NCBI GenBank assembly: GCA_964595645.1
Contig: CAZQQT010000008.1
Coordinates: 32,001 to 96,000 of the forward strand
Length of the DNA: 64,000 nt
Reading direction: 5' to 3'
Source of the DNA: an uncultured Thermococci archaeon
GTDB lineage: Archaea; Methanobacteriota_B; Thermococci; Methanofastidiosales; B48-G16
The first letter of the stretch is position 1. Every line of letters begins with the position of its first letter. The position numbers were made by a program, and so were the translations under genes. Below are positions 59,357 to 64,000 of this stretch, piece after piece. The notes under the pieces were generated by a model, which had not been told where the DNA came from, did no database searches, and saw only the letters and a program-made list of their open reading frames with translations.

Positions 59357-60310
59357 TTACAATGTTTTCACGTCATGTGTCGAGAGTATCTCGCACGCCT
59401 TTCCCCATTCTTCTCGTGTAAGCCGTCGTGAGAGTTCTGGGTGCGTGCCTGCTTTCCACGCAGGATGGTACTGTGCCATGAGATTGACCCTCGCGTCAGG
59501 AAGCTCCTTCTCAATAAAGTCAAGAATACACGGGAGATCTTCCTCTACCCAGTTTCCCGGGAGGACGAGGATGCGGATAATCATTTCGCACTGTTCATAT
59601 GCTAGTTTGTGGTTTCGTGTAGCGATTTCCCAGTAATTGGGCAGGTTCGAGTACTCCAGCGCCCGTTTGTCTGTCCCATACTTGAAATCAGAGAGATAGA
59701 GATCAATCACACCGTCGAGGAGGTTCATTGTTTCTTCAGACATGTAGAAGTTCGAGTTCCATATAATGGGAATATTCACCTCTAGTTCCTCTAGGATGTG
59801 GAGAATGTACAGTAAGTTCGGTGTTGGTTCGCCTCCTACAAAGTTCACGTTGATAATCCTGTGATTTTCCTTATTTCTCGTAATCCACTCAGCTGTTTTC
59901 TCCATATTCCACTCATTTCCACTTAATTGCTGGCTTATGTCCCAATTTTGACAAAATATACAGTGAGCATTACATCCAGAGAAGAAAATTGTTCCTGAAG
60001 GCACAAGTGGACCTTCTTCTCCATGGTGGGGGAACGCAGTGGATATCAGTGGGGATGTCACCCCGCAGGCTCCGGGTTTCTCGTATCTGTTTACTCCACA
60101 TCTCCGCTCACAGAAAGTGCAGTGCTCAAAAATATCCTCAGCGAGCGAGATTTTCAGATCGAGCAGATTCGGCTTCTTTTTTTTCGTGTCTTTCGGCTCT
60201 TCTTGCACAAGTAAGTCGTGAAGTTTGAAATCTCCTGGAAGTTCTGCTTTCACACATTGAGTACGTAGGAATCTTGCCCTCTCGTCACCATGGACAATAG
60301 CATCGTACAC
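59357..60310 (-). CDS. Radical SAM protein, PflX-like
   Basis: CTFCERRCGVNR; CNAHCIFC; GGEPTP; WNSNFY. Confidence 0.9.
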   Translation of the reverse strand: MYDAIVHGDERARFLRTQCVKAELPGDFKLHDLLVQEEPKDTKKKKPNLLDLKISLAEDIFEHCTFCERRCGVNRYEKPGACGVTSPLISTAFPHHGEEGPLVPSGTIFFSGCNAHCIFCQNWDISQQLSGNEWNMEKTAEWITRNKENHRIINVNFVGGEPTPNLLYILHILEELEVNIPIIWNSNFYMSEETMNLLDGVIDLYLSDFKYGTDKRALEYSNLPNYWEIATRNHKLAYEQCEMIIRILVLPGNWVEEDLPCILDFIEKELPDARVNLMAQYHPAWKAGTHPELSRRLTREEWGKACEILSTHDVKTL

Positions 60311-60586
60311 TCACTCCACCTCGATTTTAAAAATGACCGTACCTCCCCCAGTGTATTCCATAGGGTCTAAACATTGCACGTACCCTTCTCCAAGCCCCAT
60401 CTCTTCTGGAGGGTCCCCTCTGTATAATGCATTGTAGTACGGAAGAATAGAGGCGAGAGAGTGGACACACACGGCGTCTGTCTCTTCCAGATTTAGCTTG
60501 TATCCCTCATCAAATACTATCCTGTCTCCTTCTGTATACACAGGACAGGAACCCTTGATCTCAATCACTTCGACGATTAATTTCAT
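60311..60586 (-). CDS. TIGR04076-like Cys-containing small protein
   Basis: IKGSCPVY..GD..AVCVHSL..VQCLDP..GTVIFKI. Confidence 0.8.
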   Translation of the reverse strand: MKLIVEVIEIKGSCPVYTEGDRIVFDEGYKLNLEETDAVCVHSLASILPYYNALYRGDPPEEMGLGEGYVQCLDPMEYTGGGTVIFKIEVE

Positions 60587-61323
60587 ATATGGTTAAATTC
60601 TACTTGCCCAGTATTAAAATTGATGGTGGCGTACTCTCCTTTTTTTAATGCTCCAGGATTTACTACCAGTGTTTCATTTATTTCTTCTTCCCCTTGGACG
60701 TGAGCATGTCCACAAAAAAGGAATTTAGGATTGTATCTCTCTATGATCTCATTTATCGCTGGCGAACCTTTCTTATCTGCAAGATCACATACGGGCGGAT
60801 TATGTGTAAGGAGTACGATGTCCTTTTTAAGGTATCCGAGTTTTCGTAGCGCGAAGATCACTTTATCCCGTGGATATTTTAATACAAAAAACGTTTCTTC
60901 TTCCTCTTCATTAATCTCTCCACCGAATCCACAGATGGCCATGTCTTTGAAAAATCGGATCATTTCATGAGCAAGGTTAATGTTCTTTTTCTTTGAATGC
61001 CATAATGTTTTTAAATACCGAGATTCTGGAGCGTCCATATTTCCTGGAATTGTAAAGGTAATGATATTTGTCCTATCGAGAAAATCGTAGAATTTTTGGT
61101 AGTAGGCAATGTCTTCATCCTTCTCGGTAATGATGGCTAGTTTCTCTTTATTTGGCTCTCTTCCTTCTTTTTTTGCGGCACGCCACTCATTACCTCGCTC
61201 ACGTCCCTTCACAATATCTCCACAGAAGAATATCACTCCAAAACTCTTATTTTCTATTATTGTTTCTAGCGGTTCGAGCACTGCTGTCTCTCCATGGAGA
61301 TCAGAAATAATAAGACCTTGCAT
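60583..61323 (-). CDS. Calcineurin-like metallophosphoesterase
   Basis: SDLHG, CGDIV, PGNMD, THNPP, CGHAH, NPGAL. Confidence 0.88.
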   Translation of the reverse strand: MQGLIISDLHGETAVLEPLETIIENKSFGVIFFCGDIVKGRERGNEWRAAKKEGREPNKEKLAIITEKDEDIAYYQKFYDFLDRTNIITFTIPGNMDAPESRYLKTLWHSKKKNINLAHEMIRFFKDMAICGFGGEINEEEEETFFVLKYPRDKVIFALRKLGYLKKDIVLLTHNPPVCDLADKKGSPAINEIIERYNPKFLFCGHAHVQGEEEINETLVVNPGALKKGEYATINFNTGQVEFNHI

Positions 61324-61347
61324 ACTTTCATTAGTGTTTTTATTTAT

Positions 61348-62082
61348 TTAAAGATTCCGATAGTTTATCTTTCTGAGGACATTTCTCGATATGTTTTTCA
61401 ATAACTCGTGTTCTTTTGGCGTAATTATCTGTAACAGCGGCTCTTTTTTATTAAAAAATTTTTTAAATCTAACTAGATTCCTTCTTTTTGGATTCTCTTT
61501 CACTTTTCCTTCTAACATCGCCTCTGCATAGGCTGGGATGGTGATTCCATGGCGTACGTGGATATAGACGCTCTCTCCCAGTGTGCGGTACCGAAATGAT
61601 GATGCGACATCCAATGACATATTGGCAATTGCAGGGAGGAGAATAGCTGGACAAAGTCCGAAGACTACATTCACGTTTTCTCCATCAAGGAAGTCGGTAT
61701 ACGCTATATTTTTGCCAGCGATAGTCAATTCTGTGAATTTCATACCCTTTTCGGACATTAAAAGACCGTGTGATACTTCCGCGATGTTTCTCAGATCAAA
61801 ATTTTCTGAGCTGTTTTTTAGGAGAGGGGGATCTTCTAGTTGTTTGCAGACCATTGGATTTTTTAATGCTTCCAGAAGATTCTTTTCGATATCTTCCTCA
61901 TCTATTTTCAGCGCTCTGGCGATCCTCTCTCTCGTACCCCACATATTCGCCACGATTTTCGATCCATCAGGTGTCTTATAAATGATTGCACGCGAAGACT
62001 CCGAATACTTTGTTACGATGTCGTCAGAATACGATACTCGTGCAATTTCATCCTCAAACATTTTTACATAGCTTGAGAGCAT
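61348..62082 (-). CDS. Truncated/degenerate UbiD-family protein
   Basis: IVANMWGTRERIARAL, VVFGLCPAILL, IPAYAEAMLEG; no EGPF motif and no C-terminal domain. Confidence 0.6.
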   Translation of the reverse strand: MLSSYVKMFEDEIARVSYSDDIVTKYSESSRAIIYKTPDGSKIVANMWGTRERIARALKIDEEDIEKNLLEALKNPMVCKQLEDPPLLKNSSENFDLRNIAEVSHGLLMSEKGMKFTELTIAGKNIAYTDFLDGENVNVVFGLCPAILLPAIANMSLDVASSFRYRTLGESVYIHVRHGITIPAYAEAMLEGKVKENPKRRNLVRFKKFFNKKEPLLQIITPKEHELLKNISRNVLRKINYRNL

Positions 62083-62171
62083 AATTCTTCGTAGTGAGCA
62101 GATACTAAAAAGCTATGTGCGAAGGTTTTTATAGGAAAAGCTTTAAATGCATACACGGAAAATAGTGGCAC

Positions 62172-62245
62172 GGGCTGGTAGCGCAGTCTGGAAGCGCGCT
62201 ACCTTGGCATGGTAGCGGCCGGGGGTTCAAATCCCCCCCAGTCCA
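62172..62245 (+). tRNA. tRNA-Ala(GGC)
   Basis: Acceptor GGGCTGG/CCAGTCC with G3:U70; anticodon arm CTACC-TTGGCAT-GGTAG; T-arm GGGGG-TTCAAAT-CCCCC; upstream TTTAAAT. Confidence 0.96.
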
Positions 62246-62266
62246 CATGTGAAGGAGGAGAATTCT

Positions 62267-62728
62267 ATGGCAAAAGAAGATACAAGAAAGCTAGTAAAGA
62301 CGACAGTCCGGTTTGTGATTGTGATCGTCGTGCTCGGGATACTGTACGAGATACTACCGGACCTCCCCGGTATCCACGAAATTCCTTTTCCAGGCAGACT
62401 CACAACAGAAGAGGCAGGAAGATCAATCATTGCATTCGCCGCATTGGTTGTTATGCTTCAGTATGGAAGAACGCTTTCTACGTCTATTACCTCGTTAACA
62501 AAATCCTTGAAGGTGGGAAGATTTTTCAGAGATCTTATCTATCTTGTCGCTGCAGCCATCGGGTACAAAGCCTTTGAAGAAATTGCACACATGTATCTCA
62601 ACGATGAATGGTGGATATACGCACTTACCTTTATACTTATTGGCGTTGTATTAGCCATTCGCATTGTACGGAATCTTCTGGGTAGCGTTGACAAAATCAC
62701 TGATGCAATCGTGGGAGAGGAAGAATAG
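62267..62728 (+). CDS. Hypothetical four-TM membrane protein
   Basis: RBS aggagga; hydrophobic helices. Confidence 0.65.
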   Translation: MAKEDTRKLVKTTVRFVIVIVVLGILYEILPDLPGIHEIPFPGRLTTEEAGRSIIAFAALVVMLQYGRTLSTSITSLTKSLKVGRFFRDLIYLVAAAIGYKAFEEIAHMYLNDEWWIYALTFILIGVVLAIRIVRNLLGSVDKITDAIVGEEE

Positions 62729-62812
62729 CAACATCTTTCTTTTATTTTTTCTCCGCCCCCTCTGTCACTTGAAGATAAGATTTATATATCCTATATCAGA
62801 AGATGTTTTTGA

Positions 62813-62896
62813 GCCGGGATGGCCCAGTTTGGTACGGCGCGGGCCTGCTAAGCCCGTTCTCGAAAGAGATCGTGGGTTCAAATCCCACTCCCGGCG
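62813..62896 (+). tRNA. tRNA-Ser(GCT)
   Basis: Acceptor GCCGGGA/TCCCGGC; anticodon arm CGGGC-CTGCTAA-GCCCG; long variable arm; GTGGG-TTCAAAT-CCCAC; upstream TTTATATA. Confidence 0.96.
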
Positions 62897-63099
62897 CCTT
62901 TTCTTTACTGTGCTACCAATAAAGTTATTTTAGCTTTTTTTTGCATACAAGCGGAAACATATTCATTTTATACTTTTTTACCTATATTATACATGTAAGT
63001 TATCTAGTCACACAAATAGAAAACTTTATTAACTTAAAACAAAGATCATATACAGGACACAACAAAATGTGTCCAATAAACTTAGAAGGAGGTGAAAAC

Positions 63100-63792
63100 A
63101 TGATAGAAATTGTGCTGGCAAGTTGGACTGACGTAATACGAGAGAGTTTTGAAGATATGTTAGAAACGACAATCGAGTATCTACCTGTTATTCTCGGTGC
63201 AGTAATCCTCTTGATAGTGGGTCTTATCGCAGGTCATATCTTGGGAAAAGTTGTGTCAAAGATACTCGACAAGATAGGCGTGGACGATGCAGTGAATAAA
63301 ACACCCATAGGTGATACAATCAAGCGGTCGGGAATGACGGTCGTTGGATTTTTCGATGCCATTGTACGGTGGTTCGTCTATCTACTGTTCATTACAGCAG
63401 CCGTCAATGTACTGGATATCCCGATGTTCACAAACCTAATGGAACGGATCGTTCTCTACATCCCGCACCTGATTTTGGGTGTGTTAGTGCTGATCATAGG
63501 ATTGGTGCTGGTGGATTTCATCGTGGATCACGTCAAGAAGCAGCTAGTGTCCCGGGAGATTGAGTTCGCAAAAATAATAACCTCAGCGCTACGAGTAATC
63601 TTCTATCTCGTGGTGATCGTGTTCGCACTGGATCAGCTTCAGATAGAGACGACGATTATCTATACGCTCCTTGTGCCCTTGTCCTGGGGCATCGCAGGAG
63701 GTATTGCGATCGCTATGGGAATCGCGTTAGGATGGGGACTGAAGGATATCACTGCCAACTATGCCAAAAAGAAGATAGAGAAAGAAAAATAA
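63100..63792 (+). CDS. TM_helix-repeat (MscS-associated/CmpX-like) membrane protein
   Basis: Two 'Y(L/I)P..ILG..L..G' repeats; GIALGWGLKD; RBS ggaggtga. Confidence 0.8.
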   Translation: MIEIVLASWTDVIRESFEDMLETTIEYLPVILGAVILLIVGLIAGHILGKVVSKILDKIGVDDAVNKTPIGDTIKRSGMTVVGFFDAIVRWFVYLLFITAAVNVLDIPMFTNLMERIVLYIPHLILGVLVLIIGLVLVDFIVDHVKKQLVSREIEFAKIITSALRVIFYLVVIVFALDQLQIETTIIYTLLVPLSWGIAGGIAIAMGIALGWGLKDITANYAKKKIEKEK

Positions 63793-63793
63793 T

Positions 63794-63845
63794 TCATTTT
63801 TTCCTTTTTTTGATTTTCTTTATACAATAAAAGAAAAAAGAAAAA
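63794..63845. terminator. Bidirectional T/A-tract terminator between convergent genes
   Basis: T-tracts followed by A-tracts between the two stop codons. Confidence 0.55.
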
Positions 63846-64000
63846 TCACGCTTTTTCAGCTACTTTTCCTATCCATATCGTTGCGGCGACCGCGATCACC
63901 GTGACAATCACTGCGTAACTGAGCATGGGGATGACTCCTGTCCGTTCACCAAATACATCCCTAAATATTTCAAGTATCGCGCTGTTCCAGGCAAGTGCTG
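63846..64000 (-). CDS. DUF5654-like small membrane protein (5' partial)
   Basis: ALAWNSAI..YAVIVTVIAV..KA*. Confidence 0.75.
   Translation of the reverse strand, partial: ALAWNSAILEIFRDVFGERTGVIPMLSYAVIVTVIAVAATIWIGKVAEKA

Noticed and set aside
62172-62896. tRNA-anchored integrative element
   Set aside because: I saw no integrase or duplicated tRNA 3' end in the window.

Overview
Chromosomal segment of an anaerobic archaeon using standard code 11. EF-1alpha carries a Thermococci-like 'EPASTxxxKP' insertion, suggesting an uncultured Thermococci-related lineage (inference). Housekeeping content includes tuf-rps10, the rps19e-PDCD5-COG2117-rpl39e-rpl31e-eIF6-rplX-pfdA-ftsY superoperon, priS, tbp, hel308, uvrB, archease-rtcB, tRNA-Ala(GGC) and tRNA-Ser(GCT). 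Interspersed accessory genes encode a 2-oxoacid:ferredoxin oxidoreductase, tandem ferritin-like paralogs, a rhodanese/MBL sulfur module, an ArsR-controlled arsP-arsF-arsG-arsE-acr3-arsF cluster with a clear two-operator bidirectional promoter, secreted and lipoprotein genes, and a GAF-GAF histidine kinase. I saw no CRISPR array, transposase or integrase. The most notable signal is a ~66-80 aa C-terminal domain (ANTTxNTIYANNELLK) shared by two otherwise unrelated secreted proteins 18 kb apart, a candidate surface-sorting or anchoring module. Also notable are five accessory genes disrupted by in-frame stops or frameshifts while core genes are intact, a ThrC-like enzyme fused to a PadR-like HTH, and a degenerate UbiD-like protein. 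All calls come from motif recognition by eye; no searches were run.
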